Positions 19,480 through 32,165 of a DNA stretch of 64,000 nt are shown here, piece after piece. Position 1 is the first letter of the stretch. Every line of letters starts with the position of its first letter. The notes under the pieces are model-generated. The model was not told where the DNA came from, did no database searches, and saw nothing but the letters and a program-made list of their open reading frames with translations. This DNA comes from Naegleria gruberi (Eukaryota), in the NCBI GenBank assembly GCA_000004985.1, contig GG738854.1. One strand, 5' to 3'. Both the position numbers and the translations under genes were made by a program.

Positions 19480-21238
19480 TTAATTTCCAAATACCACTCG
19501 GATGATATTGTTGGCATCTTTCTTGAAAAAGGAATGTTCTGCAATCTTTCTTCCATCCATTCCTTCTACGAAATAATTTGGAAGAATTGGCTTACCTGAC
19601 TCGTTCAATGTTAACTTGTCGGCAGGTATGATTGATCTGTAAAATTTGCTTACAAAACTCTTTACAGAACTGCCATGTCTCATTAGGGCAACATCTTCAA
19701 ATACCTTTACATCAACATCCTCTCTAAGTTTCAGATTCTCAGCCAATTGTGGAATATTCTGATTCACTGGATAAATGACAACTGGAGATTGTAAATTAAC
19801 AGCCTTTACAATAGCTTCCAATACACCTGTAGTGTCAAATCTTGCCAAGACAAAATCTCTGATATTCTTCAAAATTCCGACATTCTTTTCATCCTTAATT
19901 GGTTTCAACAGTTTCTAAACATTTCAATAATATGTTAAATCAGTTCCAATGCAATCAGAATTTTACAAACCTTTTCTTCCTCATCTTCGCATTCCTCAAA
20001 TGTTTTGAAATCACTATCTCCTTCATGGTAGATAATATGACCCTTCTTTCTCATGGTCTTCAAGAAACATTCTGACAAGGCAGATGTCAAAACAATCTTA
20101 TCCATATCATATCTTTCAAAGAATTTGTTAATGTACTTTGAACTGGCCTTGTGGTCAATCTTATTTAATGCATAAATGCAAGGGAATCTAAAGGCAATAA
20201 ATAGTGAGACACATGTATGAACATCTGCTTCCTCCCATTTTTCAAGAGGTTTCATATGCTTTGAAAAATCAATTTCCTTATTAGAGGTCTGATTGGAGAG
20301 TTCATCTTCAGTTTGGAACATTTTTGTAGAGATGTGATCACAGAACGCAACAATGAATTTTCTGTTACATCCATAACCACTCAATTGTTGTGAAAAGGTG
20401 TCTACAAGGGTATTTTTACATTGTCTATGTCTTCTTACGATAGTATCCCATCTATTCCACAAATTGTTAAAGATCCAATCATGAATTTCCTTTTCCAACC
20501 ATTCTACATCTCCAATAGGATCATAATTTTCAGTATTTTCTCCCTTTTCATTTGTTGTTCCACTGACATCTATCCCAATAAATTTATAATAAATTCTCAT
20601 TCAAAACATACCCAAAACATGAATCAAAACTTGAGCATGACGCAAATCATCCAAGAATTTGTTTCCCAATCCTTTACCCTAATCAAATATGAAATCATTA
20701 AGTAAAATAACCATCAAAACATACCAATGAAGCTCCTGGAATCAAACCAGCAACGTCCATCACACTAATAGGAATATATCTCACAGAGTTTACACATTTA
20801 CCATATTTTGGAGAGCAATACTTTTGTAAACCATATTCAGCACAAGGACATGGAATACTTGAACGATACAATGCAATACCCTAATTGTAATATGTAATTA
20901 TTGAAAATTATTCCAAACACAAACACCTACATTATTTGGTTCAATAGTTGTAAATGGATAACTTCCTATAATAAATATTTCATCAATAAATTCCATAATC
21001 ATCATCACTCACCAGTTTTTGCATTTGCATCCGAAATTGCATTCAAAAGAGTTGATTTACCTAAATTCCGATCATTAATTTTCTCCAATCATTATAAAAA
21101 ATCATCACACATACCCGCCGAAGGTTTTCCAATAATACCAATTTTAATAAATGAACTAATCCCAAAGTAACAGCATGAATCATTAGAGCATTAATAAATC
21201 CGAACATGAAATAAGCCCACCCACCTATTTGTACTCAT
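19480..21238 (-). CDS. Obg-family P-loop ATPase/GTPase with C-terminal TGS domain (OLA1/YchF-like), about 7 exons
   Basis: I reconstructed the exons by hand. They are a 14-nt exon (ATGAGTACAAATAG), the G1 motif IGIIGKPSAGKSTLLNAISDANAKTG, then IPISVMDVAGLIPGAS + GKGLGNKFLDDLRHAQVLIHVL (the OLA1 [31 protein letters not shown] region), then DVSGTT...DPIGDVEWLEKEIHDW..., and the C-terminal ...NYFVEGMDGRKIAEHSFFKKDANNIIRVVFGN (TGS-like). Introns are about 40-60 nt with GTAAGT/GTATGT/GTGGGT donors. Confidence 0.7.
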
Positions 21239-21588
21239 TTTTTTTCTATTTGAATTTTTATTAAAATTTTAAACTTTGCGTAAATATTTGATTTTCAAAT
21301 TCGAATTTGAAAGAAGCAACTTTCAACTTGGAATTTGAAAACAGAATGAATTTTATTATACACTGATTCAAGATCAGACATGAAGACGAACTGTGCATTG
21401 GCACTTTTCTCCACTTACCAAAATTACCAAAAATTAACAAATGCCATAAAAATCCCAAAAAGTGGATCAGTAAAAAAGGGTGGACAATTGGGACATCAGT
21501 TAAGAAGAAAAATAACAAACACAAACAATCCACCTTATTTGCAAATGAGTCTCAATCATTTATACGCAACAGACAACAATAAAACAAA

Positions 21589-22961
21589 ATGACTCAAAAC
21601 CATGAGGAGCAGCAGAATCATCAGGAGCATCATCAGATGATGGAAAACACTGCAGAGACAAACCTTACTTCCTCCATAACGAATGATGAAGATTATATTA
21701 TTGTTGATATTTGTGATTCATGTGCTGCTGCTGGAAAACAAGATTGTTCGATTTCAATGCCTCAATCAGCAATATCAATTTCAGAGAGGATAAATGTTAA
21801 GGAAAAACAAAAGCATAAACAATATCAGAAAAAGGAAAATGTTCAAAAGCAAGAGACGGTTGTGAAACAGCCAGAGATTGTGTTATTTAATACTCCAAAA
21901 CAAGTATTGGAAAAATTTAAAACTGATGGGGTACGGAAATCCAAGTTGACCTTTGATCAAATGACAATCCTATCCTTGTTTGCAGGAATATTTATTGGAC
22001 TGGCTAGTGCTTTGGGATTGGTTGTGGGTGGGAATGTACCAAGCATTGAGAAAGAAAATCCTGGATTGCAGAAATTGTTAACTGGAATGTAGGTTTAGTC
22101 TCATTTCAATTCTAATGTTGTTGAAAGTGTTTTTCCATTGGGATTGATACTTATTGTAATGACTGGTTCTGAACTATTCACAGGAAATGTATTAGTGGTT
22201 CTTATTGGGTTATTTTCAAGACGGTGGCGATCTAAAAAGTTTCTTCTCCAGTAAGTAATCAAGATTCGAGTTAATTGACCATCAAATGATTAGATATGCT
22301 TTATTCTCAAAGAATATTCTGTTCAGTTATGTTTTCAATTGTGTGGGATCGTTTTTATTTGCTTATTTCTTCATGTATTTACCTCAACCTTGTTGCTCTG
22401 CCTATTGGATTAGTTATGTGCAAACTATTTCTGAAAATAAGGTGAAAAAAGCATTTGGAAGTTTAGTTCTGCTTGGAATTATGTGCAATGTGTTAATTAC
22501 CATTGCTGTTTGGTGTGCAGCAGCAGCAACAACTCTTTCAGGGAAATTTCTTGGCATTTGGTTCCCAAGTAAGTTTAATCTACGTTCATATTTAATTGAA
22601 ACTTGACAATTTCACAGTTTTAGCATTTAGTTGTTTGGGTTATGAACAAAGCATTGCAAATGCATTCTACATTCCACTGGCAATGCTTTATGGAGCTAAT
22701 ATCACAGTATACGACTTTTTAATTACAAACATGATTCCAGTAACTATTGGAAACATTATAGGAGGTGCATTAATCAATGGGTGCCTAATGTATTATGTTC
22801 ATGATTTTAGAGTCAGAAAACCAAAGGTGATATTTTCTTGGTGTAAAAAGTTGTGGAAACGTCTCACAAGTAAGAAAGTCGAAATGTTGCCAACTACTAC
22901 TACACCAAACAAATCAATAGAAATGGATTTATCGACAAATAATATTATTGGAATAAAATAA
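21589..22961 (+). CDS. formate/nitrite transporter (FNT) family channel with a long His/Gln-rich N-terminal extension; about 4 exons
   Basis: Spliced product contains LTFDQMTILSLFAGIFIGLASALGLVVGG, the FNT hallmark LILIVMTGSELFTGN, and further TM helices (FNCVGSFLFAYFF, LLGIMCNVLITIAVWCAAAAT, ALAFSCLGYEQSIANAFYIPLAM, MIPVTIGNIIGGALINGCLMYY). Donors at about 22090 (GTAGGT), 22252 (GTAAGT) and 22568 (GTAAGT). Confidence 0.7.
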
Positions 22962-22967
22962 GCCCTA

Positions 22968-23990
22968 TTAATCAGAATATGAATCCGATAGAGCAAGTTT
23001 AGGATACTTTTTAGAAAGGAGAGATTTCAATTCTTGCTCTTGCTTCTCATTCACATCGTTATTGCTAATAAACAACTTCTTCAATTGGGATAAAAGTGGC
23101 CAATCAATAATGGTTTGACATTCTTCAAAGGTTAGTCCACAGGAGTGAAGTCTCAATGTCTCTAATTTTGGTAAGGGACTATTCTTCAATAATTCTAACC
23201 CATTTTCTCCAAAGGAATTATATGCTACTGAAAGAAACTTGAGCTCTCTGAAATTTTCACTTGAGCCAATGAGTGCAATACCTTCCTCATCTATTTCATT
23301 ATTTTCCAAGTCCAAATGAGTTAATTGCTTCAGATATTTACTCTTGGCAATATGTTCAAGTCCTGTATTACCAATAGCATTGTTATACAGATCTAAAAAT
23401 GTCAAATTACTCATTATTGGACTGTTTGCCAACATTTTTACTCCTGTTTCACCAATGTCACTGTATTCCAAGGCTAAAGTTTTCAATTTCTTCAAACAAG
23501 ATCCATCTGAAACCATATTTGCAATACCCTCACTTCCAATAGTGCAATGATTCAAGTAGAGCTCTTCTAAATTGTATAAGTATTTACTCTTAGCCAACCA
23601 CTTGGTACTGCTTTCATCCATTTCACAATTTTCCATATTCAAACATGTAGTGTTGGCAATGTTTGGACATTGACAAACAATCTTCAAATTGTAAGTCTCT
23701 GTATCTTCTTCTTCATCTTCATCCTCATCCTTGTCCTCTTCTTCAGCAATAATGCACTCGCAACCTGGTAAATCGAGTGATAATCTAACATTAGCAGAAG
23801 CTTCTTTCCATTCTTTTGAAACCAACATTGCACTTTGTAAAATAAACTTGAACTTGGAAAAGGACAAGATGTTGATCAGGACATCTTTGTAAAAGATTGT
23901 CTGCTGGTAAATTGGTGAAGAATTATTCTTTCTCTTCTTTGATGGAGGTTCCAGAAGCGTATTATCGGAAGACATTTTTTTCTCTTTCAA
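22968..23990 (-). CDS. leucine-rich repeat protein (ribonuclease-inhibitor-type LRRs) with F-box-like N-terminus and acidic linker
   Basis: 340 aa. F-box-like segment VLINILSF...SKEWKEA. Repeats of about 28 aa include LEELYLNHCTIGSEGIANM, LKTLALEYSDIGETGVKMLA, LTFLDLYNNAIGNTGLEHIA, LTHLDLENNEIDEEGIALIG and LKFLSVAYNSFGENGLELL. Confidence 0.7.
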   Translation of the reverse strand: MKEKKMSSDNTLLEPPSKKRKNNSSPIYQQTIFYKDVLINILSFSKFKFILQSAMLVSKEWKEASANVRLSLDLPGCECIIAEEEDKDEDEDEEEDTETYNLKIVCQCPNIANTTCLNMENCEMDESSTKWLAKSKYLYNLEELYLNHCTIGSEGIANMVSDGSCLKKLKTLALEYSDIGETGVKMLANSPIMSNLTFLDLYNNAIGNTGLEHIAKSKYLKQLTHLDLENNEIDEEGIALIGSSENFRELKFLSVAYNSFGENGLELLKNSPLPKLETLRLHSCGLTFEECQTIIDWPLLSQLKKLFISNNDVNEKQEQELKSLLSKKYPKLALSDSYSD

Positions 23991-24445
23991 GCTAGATATT
24001 TAAATATCTCCGCACACCATTACAATGGCCAATAAAAATATTAATAATGTAACAATACTAATAATTTATAATATTAATTAAATATTGTGGCAACGTTAAG
24101 AGAGCTGTTGAACAATAATTTCATCACCAATCCTAAAACACTTTTATAGAAAATTGGATAATTAAATTTTTCTTCACAAATTGATGGATCTAAAATTAGG
24201 CTCGTTTTTTGCTTGCAATGATTTTTGAGAAGAGTTTGAAAAAAAATATCAACAACACACTCAATATTTGTGGATTTTAATTCGCCTCTTTTATTATTGT
24301 CGTCTTTGATAATTGTTATATCATCTCATCAACGGACGATATTTGTTGGTGGATTTTATCATCATCACTATAGATTTTTTCTAATAATATATAAATATAT
24401 TTATTTAATAATTTAAAAAAGCGAGAGAAATTGATCATCTAGAAA

Positions 24446-27000
24446 ATGTTGACTACATCAAGGAGTTCATCATCACTGAGTTTACAGTCCTTTTCTAGTG
24501 GTTCAAAGTTAATGTCCTTTGAACAATTTAATGAAAAGTTTAATCAACCAAAATTACTCTATCAACATTCATCAGATGTTGTTCAAGTTTATCAATATAA
24601 TGAAACATCATCATCAACACATAGCTGTTTGGTGTTTGTACATCACGGTACACTTCTTCAAACAGGTAGATTATTTAAGAAATTAATTGATAACAACAAG
24701 TTAATGCCAAACGTAATGCCATACGATGAAGCATATAAAGACGAGGAGGAATATGACGCATCATATTATATGGTCTGTAGAGACTCTAGTGTTTTGAATG
24801 CCTATCAGTCACAACAGGTTAAAACTCTTGAGGATGTTTTCAATGATCCTACTGCCATTCACATGTTAAATGATTTTGTAGCATTGAAGAATCTGATATT
24901 GGATATTGCTAACGGCCTCAGACAATTGCACAGATCTGAATTGACTCACAATAATTTATATGCCTATACTGTTTTACTTGTTAATAACAAAAATTACGAT
25001 GGAACTGCTAGGTCACAGGCTAAGAGAGCCATACTTCAATTCCCTGGTATTGGTATTTCCTATTTATTACATATTGGATCAGATATTAATTATGCTCCAG
25101 AAGTCACTCACCACACAGAATTCTCTAAAGAAAATGATGTATTCATGTTTGGTTTGTTGGTTCTCAAAATATTGACATTCAGAGATTTGAATATTCATGC
25201 AGAAAACTTTGAATGGAAGAAGGATGTGCAAGAAAAAATAGCAGCTAGATTTGGAGCTAAAGCCTCTTCGCCCTTCATTAGATCTCTAACTGCTTTAGCT
25301 AAGGAATGTGTTCTTTCTCAATTCAGACCAACTTCGGATCATTTAGTTTCTAGAGTTAATGCTTTATCGGAAAAGGACGAAAAAGTGACACAACCAGTTA
25401 TGGATGATTACGACTATGAGGATAGCTTTGCTTCTCTTGGTGTTGGTAGCTCACATTACTTTGATTCTTCGGACGCTCCTCATTTGAATAATTATGGTGA
25501 GGAAGATTTCCAAGTACATAACTTTGATGCAGGTCCAGTCATTATTGATATGGACGAAGATGATGAAGAATCTGATACTTTAAGTGGAGAAGTATTCGAT
25601 AAAAGAAGAAAATCAAGTAGAATGGTAAGTGAAAATTTGGATTTATTAATAACTGTAATTTTTAGTCTGCCAATTTGAGTAGTATGAAGGACACATTAAA
25701 GGATAGACTCAATGAACTGAATCCGGAAGAGGAAGTAAAACTAACAGGTATTAAGAAATTATTTGCCTGTTTCTTTGGAGGTCATGAAAAGATTGACCAT
25801 GATGGAGCTAACAGAATTGATTTATATACAGCAACAGCTAACGAACAATCACAGGAGGATGCTCTCCCTGATTATTTGATTGAAGGTAAAAAGAAAAGAG
25901 AAACACTGTTTTGCGAGAAATTAATCAGAAGAGTACCTAGTGGATCAATCATTCTTGTAAAGGATGAAAAGACAAGAACCAACATGACAATGAAAAAATG
26001 TACAAAGGGAAATGAGGAATTTTATGAAAGGGAAATCAAAGCTTTGAAACAAATGGATCACCCACGTATAACCAAGTATATTGATAGCTTTGACTATACA
26101 GACGATGACCACTATACCGATCACATTTCAAAACACATAGTTCTCAAGTACTATCCAAATAGTGACTTGGAAGATTGTTTCCTTAGAAAGAAGCCAAAGT
26201 TTGTGCTGTCACCTGTTTTATTTATGAAGATAATAACTCAATCATTTGAGGCTCTAGCCTATTTGAATGAAATTTCGCGTGTTCATGGTAATATAACCCC
26301 AGCAAATATTGTATTGGATGATTCGATGAATGTTGTGTTTGTCGATTTTGCTTTCAGTTGGAGAAAGGATGAAAAGATTACGTTTGTAGTTAAAAGTAAC
26401 TACACAGCTCCAGAACAAAAGATTGGAGCTTTAGCAAATCCAATGTCTGATATTTTCAGCTTGGCTACCTCTATGCTTGAATTATTAATGGGAGAAAGAA
26501 TAGATATCAAGACTTTGAAAAATCAAAATATGACAGTAACAGATGCTCTGCGATTAATTTTGGGCAATGATAATTTTACTCACAAATTTTCAGTATTGCT
26601 CAATAACCCAAACCTCAACACTAAGAATATTGGAGAAATATTAAGAGATGCCTCTGCCTTGGATGTTCAAAACAGAAAACCAGCTGCACAGATAGCTAAG
26701 GATTGTGCCAACCTGAGAGAACAAGTAGCAGCAATAGCTATTCAAAGATATTATCGTGGTTCAAAAGTTAGAAAACAGTACAAAGACAAATTACCTAAGA
26801 AGGAGCAAAAACAAAATCTCACCAGAAGAGAGATTAGAAGAATCAAAGCAAGTCAAAGTAATTACGCAATCAGTTCCATTTCCAAAAGTAGTAGCAGTTA
26901 TGGCATTGCATTACACAACAGAACTAACTCTGCCACAATGACAGGTATCAGCAGATCAACCAGTATTGATGATTCTATTGCTCGATCACTCATGCTCTAA
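24446..27000 (+). CDS. two-domain protein kinase-like protein with C-terminal IQ motif; 2 exons joined by a 42-nt intron (25624-25665)
   Basis: ORF 24446-25678 ends ...RRKSSRM at a GTAAGT donor (25624). The acceptor TTTTTAG at 25665 continues in frame into ORF 25675-27000. Domain 1 is kinase-like but degenerate (LHRSELTHNNLYAYTVLL). Domain 2 has IKALKQMDHPRITKYIDSF, HGNITPANIVLDDSMNVVFVDFAFS, YTAPEQ and DIFSLATSMLELLMG. IQ motif at IQRYYRGSKVRKQYKDK. Confidence 0.55.
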
Positions 27001-27190
27001 ATTATCAAGCCAACCCACTACCAAACCATCCCAAATACTTCCACACTCTAAATTAAACCACCATAATGTACAAACAAATACTACTATTATATTGCAATTA
27101 TATTATTGTGACTGTCATCCAACGGTCGAGTTACAGTAAATCCATGAGCTTAATAGTGGGAGTCTTATTTCCCTCAATCACCCACAAAAA

Positions 27191-28968
27191 ATGTTTGAAT
27201 CACCTTCATTGTCTCCGCCCTCTGTTCGTTCCTCACGTTCCTCATTATCTTCTCTCTCCAGTAACTCATCTCACCAATATCATAGAACATCTTCTTCCCT
27301 ATTGAATTCTTCACCACCTTCACAGAAGGATTTTTCTCGTCCAATTTCAGCAAGTTCTGGGGTGAGTTTGTTATCGGACAAGTCTCTTGAGAGAAAAGCC
27401 AAAATCAAATCCTTCCTTGCCATGTCTAAGGCGCACAATTTGGTTGATATGGCAAAAGTGAATATCTCAACAATTACTCGTTCACAAATGAAGGAAATCA
27501 ATGAGTTTGTACCATCAATTTTCTGCCGTATCATTCAATTTAAGGATCAAGAACAGGCGAACGATAGTGATGAAACGGAAGGATCGATCGGATCAAGCTA
27601 CTCTAAAAAACTGTTAAATCAAACCTTAAATTTAGATGATGTCATTATAAGTGAAATTGAATTTCCAGAATTAAGTAAAAAGGAAAAGATGGAAGGTTCT
27701 AAGGTGATCCATTCATATCCTCCAGAGGTTTCGTTAAAAACAGTCACTTGTGGATTGGGACACTATGTATTTGTATTTAGGTAAGTAGTTAAGCTATAGA
27801 AAGTATTAAGTCAAAAAGTAATGGATCAGTTTTTGTGTTGGGAAAGAATTATCATGGAGAGATTGGACTTGGATATGAAATTGAGAGCATTCATGGGTTT
27901 AATGCAAAGAAGAATACATTCTTTGATGTTGATAAGAAGAGAGGATGTTTGGATGCATCTTGTGGAGCTTCTCATTCAATATTCTTTTGTGAAGATGGGT
28001 ATTATTATGGTTGTGGAAGGTAGGTTGTTTGTGGATTGGCAGCTGTGTTGTGAACTTTAATAGTAATCAATTTGGTCAATTGAATTCTTATTTAAAAACA
28101 TCAGGGGATTGGATTATACCTAATTCATGTCTCTATGAGCCAACCAAGTTGTTAATTGGAGGATTTAGTTCACTTGTAAGATCACTCGGAGAATATGCCA
28201 CAATTGAATATCAAAATTATCAGACACGAGTTTGTGGAGCTAATTTTAATGGAACTATTGGACCAAAATCTAGGAAGATCATTGAGGAAATGAAAGAATT
28301 AGTTGATTCAGCCATGTTGGATGAAATTCACGTACAGAAAACTATTAACATGACTCTGAGAAGGAAGGATGTTGTGTTTGTTGCAGCAACTGCCACTCAA
28401 ACTTGGTTTGCTGTTGATAGAACAGAAATGGCTGTGGATTATTGTTTGGAAATTGGTAAAATTGAGAATGGAGTTATGAAATATATTTTCACATTTGATG
28501 ATCCAGATCACATGGTTGGAATTCATTGTACAAAGTACTATCCATTAATTCATTGTTGTAAGTTTCAATAACTTTTATCCCTTGTTCTCATTTCAATTAT
28601 TTCAATATCAATTATTCCAAAAAGATGACAGAAAAAGTAAATGTGAAGGAATCATTGTTCCATTAGATGTTGCCAAGTTCTTAGAAAGTACACCATCAAG
28701 AACCATTCCAACATCCAAATGTAAACTTGTCTTTGTACCTTTCATTAGTTTCATCAACACGGATTCAGAAATTGAAAGAGTGGAAGCATCTCCATACAAT
28801 GGTCATGTATTCTTCTATGAAAGAGGAGGAAAGACAGCATGGCTATTGAATGATTCATTTGAAATTACTCGTCTCGAAGCAACAGGTCTCATTGGAGGAG
28901 AATGTTATGAAATGTCTATGCATTTAAGATCTAGTCAGGATAGAACAATTCTCTTCTTGAAGAATTAA
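27191..28968 (+). CDS. RCC1-repeat (regulator of chromosome condensation-like) protein with Ser-rich N-terminus; 4 exons
   Basis: Exon ends at GTAAGT 27782, GTAGGT 28020 and GTAAGT 28558, with in-frame acceptors at about 27830, 28064 and 28626. RCC1-like blade motifs present (VTCGLGHYVFVF, GKNYHGEIGLG, SCGASHSIFFCEDGYYYGCGSNQFGQLN). Confidence 0.55.
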
Positions 28969-29054
28969 TTGAAATTCAATACTCGGAATATTAAACATTT
29001 CAAAATTATTGTAATGTACATTAAAGCGATCTCTATTTTTAAAATACAAAAAAA

Positions 29055-30113
29055 ATGATCAACGGATTACCTGATGAGATTATTTGTGTGATTGCTTCGT
29101 TTCTTTCATTCCGAGGCTTGAATAGGCTTTCTAAAGTGAATAGAAAACTTCATGAATTGATAATGGAAGATGAGGATTCGTTGGATTGTTTGTGGGCTCC
29201 GATTGCTCAGTCAATTAATGAAAATTATTTCTGGATGTTCGGAGCTGCTTCTAATCATTGTCCTATTCAAGTAACATCGGATCAATGTAAATTAATTGAA
29301 AAAATTGATGATGTTGATGATGACGATATATTGATCAATTCTCCTCTGAAATCATCTTCAGTGCTGAAATTTAGAAAGAATATTCAAAATTTTAGAGGAA
29401 AAATGATCAAGATTACACCTAGGGCCTTGTTATCGAAATCAGCATATTTGATTGGATCAGATAATGGATTTGGTGCTGCAAAAATTGACAGATCAGTTAT
29501 AAAGACAATGGCTGACTTGGTGACTAGTAGTTCCATAACTTTGAGTTTGTGGTTCAAGATTGATGATATTTGCAATGGAGGTGTTCTTTTCGGAGTACAA
29601 AATCAAGACTTTAGTAGTGGCTCAGCTTTTGTTCCAGTTATTTATTTGACCTACTCTTTGGCCTTAAGAGCAACATTTTGGGGAGCTAGAGCTCTGGTTT
29701 ATTCTGATTTGAAATCTAATGGTAAATGGCAACACGTGGCTCTCACAAAACACAAGAATGAACAGAAGCTTTATGTTAATGGAATCATGGTAGATTCAAG
29801 CACATCTAATCAATTTACACATCACGAACATCGCTTATATTATGGTCAATTAGGAAGTGGATTATGTGACAGGTGGCCAGGAGCAGATATGAATTATAGA
29901 ACTAATTGTTACACACTTTCAGGAGGTAAAATCTCAGATGTTTGTATCCTGAATAAGGCTCTGGACGCCACAGAGTTGAAGCAATTAATGATCAATCCTC
30001 ATTCATCAAATTCAATTGCACACTTTGACTTTATTCAAGACAAAAAGGTAACAATTGTTGGTGACTGCATTAGTATTGGAACTGATTTTGAAGGATTTAT
30101 CAAAAATGAATAG
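29055..30113 (+). CDS. F-box protein with C-terminal concanavalin-A-like/LamG-type jelly-roll domain
   Basis: N-terminal F-box (LPDEIICVIASFLSFRGLNRLSKVNRKLHELI). The C-terminal half has the LamG/ConA-like lectin signature (ITLSLWFKIDDICNGGVLFGVQ...WQHVALTKHKNEQKLYVNGIMV...LYYGQL). Confidence 0.5.
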   Translation: MINGLPDEIICVIASFLSFRGLNRLSKVNRKLHELIMEDEDSLDCLWAPIAQSINENYFWMFGAASNHCPIQVTSDQCKLIEKIDDVDDDDILINSPLKSSSVLKFRKNIQNFRGKMIKITPRALLSKSAYLIGSDNGFGAAKIDRSVIKTMADLVTSSSITLSLWFKIDDICNGGVLFGVQNQDFSSGSAFVPVIYLTYSLALRATFWGARALVYSDLKSNGKWQHVALTKHKNEQKLYVNGIMVDSSTSNQFTHHEHRLYYGQLGSGLCDRWPGADMNYRTNCYTLSGGKISDVCILNKALDATELKQLMINPHSSNSIAHFDFIQDKKVTIVGDCISIGTDFEGFIKNE

Positions 30114-30120
30114 TAATTCT

Positions 30121-31269
30121 CTACATGCCCTTGATAGTTTTCATAAATATTCTATGAGTTGGAATTAATTCTGAACAAACACATAATTCCATCTCTCTGA
30201 AAAGACTAACATTGAAAACACCTCCTCCCTCTGCATCTTGAATTTCCTTTCCAATAATAGAAACCATAGCTTTGTTGATATACCTGAATGATTGTTTTCT
30301 TTCCACTAAAAACTTTTGATAGATATGATTAGCTTGAGTTTTCATGTCAGCCTCATCTTTCATCTTATTGAAATTCATAATTTCAGCCAATAAGAAGTAG
30401 GAATCTGTTTTTTTCTCTGTAGTACATGCTTGTTTGAAAAATTTGGACATGGTTGAATCATTCATTGTATCCATTAACTGAATAACTCTTGAATTTTGTA
30501 AAGTTTCAGTTAGAGTTGATTCTCTTCTAATATTCAAAATGGTCATCACGATAACAATTGGAATTACAACAGCCAACGAAACACAAACAACTATCAAAGT
30601 ACCTGTTGATGAATTATAGACCAAATCATCTTGATCTCTGGAATCTGTCTTGACAGAATTAAACACAGTTGACTGTTGTTTGTACCATGTAGTAGTTGCG
30701 TTCTGATAAGTTCCTCCCTGATACAATTCAAAAGCTCTATCATAATTGTTCTGTTTCAGTAATATAATAATTTCTTCCATCAATGGTAATGTATACATGT
30801 CAACACCATTCTTACTTCCATTATTGAAATTTGAGAGTTTAACAACTGGATCAACATATTCAAAGAATCTATCGAGTGCATCAATCATCTGTTCTTTATA
30901 GACATACCACTTGTCAACCTCAGAGTTGTTACGAGATAGAGCTCCAACTCTAACAATATCGAGCATTAATTCATTGGTATTGAGAGCATCACCTCTTGCT
31001 ATCAATACTTTCGAGAATGAATTTTGAGTTATATTAAACATGTCAATGGTTACTCCCGCAACAATAATAAAGGCAGCAATATTAATAAATAAACTGATTA
31101 GTGACAGTAATCGCATACAATCAAGTTCTAGCACTCCACAACATAGTTTAATTTTAAAACTTAGAGAAGAAATGGTTCCTTTGCTGATCTTTGATGTTCT
31201 AGATGTTTGGGTGAAGGCAGTTGACTTGGTTTTGTTCTGAATAATTTGAGAGTTGGTTGATTTGTCCAT
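30121..31269 (-). CDS. transmembrane receptor-like protein with extracellular helical sensor domain and intracellular RGS (regulator of G-protein signalling) domain
   Basis: 382 aa. N-terminal signal-anchor TM (LLSLISLFINIAAFIIVAGV). About 170-aa predicted extracellular region. Second TM (TLIVVCVSLAVVIPIVIVMTIL). The C-terminal ~110 aa aligns to RGS boxes: FFKQACTTEKKTDSYFLLAEIMNFNKMKDEADMKTQANHIYQKFLVERKQSFRYINKAMVSIIGKEIQD against RGS4 [56 protein letters not shown]. Confidence 0.55.
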   Translation of the reverse strand: MDKSTNSQIIQNKTKSTAFTQTSRTSKISKGTISSLSFKIKLCCGVLELDCMRLLSLISLFINIAAFIIVAGVTIDMFNITQNSFSKVLIARGDALNTNELMLDIVRVGALSRNNSEVDKWYVYKEQMIDALDRFFEYVDPVVKLSNFNNGSKNGVDMYTLPLMEEIIILLKQNNYDRAFELYQGGTYQNATTTWYKQQSTVFNSVKTDSRDQDDLVYNSSTGTLIVVCVSLAVVIPIVIVMTILNIRRESTLTETLQNSRVIQLMDTMNDSTMSKFFKQACTTEKKTDSYFLLAEIMNFNKMKDEADMKTQANHIYQKFLVERKQSFRYINKAMVSIIGKEIQDAEGGGVFNVSLFREMELCVCSELIPTHRIFMKTIKGM

Positions 31270-32165
31270 TTTTTTTGTATGGTTTGGAAAGGGATCTCGT
31301 GCCTTTCGAATAAGATATCGTTATCGTTTGTACAACTACGAAAGGTACCTTCCATCTTTGGTTAAATCAAATTTATTTTTTGCATTTCAAATGCAATCAC
31401 AATAAATTTACAGTTGACACGATTGTATAAAAGAATGCATAAGCGCAATAATAGGGAATATCTTCTTTTCGTTTTATTGAACTTCCAAGGTCCTTGGTAA
31501 GGACATTCTTGCTTGTTAGAGTCATGACGATCACATCTGGTCTATTAAGGAAATTGATAGTTAAATAACACAGTGTGAACAGTGTTCATCTACAGTTGTT
31601 AGGTTAAAAAAACCGTAGTTTGTTAAAAGTACATATGAAGAGAGTTTCAATACTTAGATCAACTTTGATCACTCGAGAGTTTTGTTATCGATTAAAAAGC
31701 TCACCAAGAGATTTTCTAGATGGTGGTTAGGTGTTGTATTGATTATTTTGGATTCAACAGCAGCAGAATAATGCAACATTTTCTGAATATTCAAAACTCA
31801 AAGTTGAAGGTACATGTAACGTGCTGAATCTAATTGGACTATTTCACTAATGTGCGTTTGTAAAACTGTAAATTACATTCGGTTAAATTAAAACTAAAGT
31901 TTACAATTGAGTATGTTCAACATGATTCTCAAGTAACGACAAGAGTACATAAAGCTCACAATAGTTCGCCCACAATAATCCTTAAGCCTCACGATTTTGA
32001 TTTTCTTTGTCATTTTTTCTTAATTTGTTATGGTAATTTAAAAGAAAGGTTTATCTCTTCTCAACTGTATTCGAAACCAAATGGCATGACCGAGGCAAGG
32101 TCACAAGCATTTCTAATTTACCCATCGTTTGAACATTATTTAAAAAACAAACAAAAGTCACCTGC

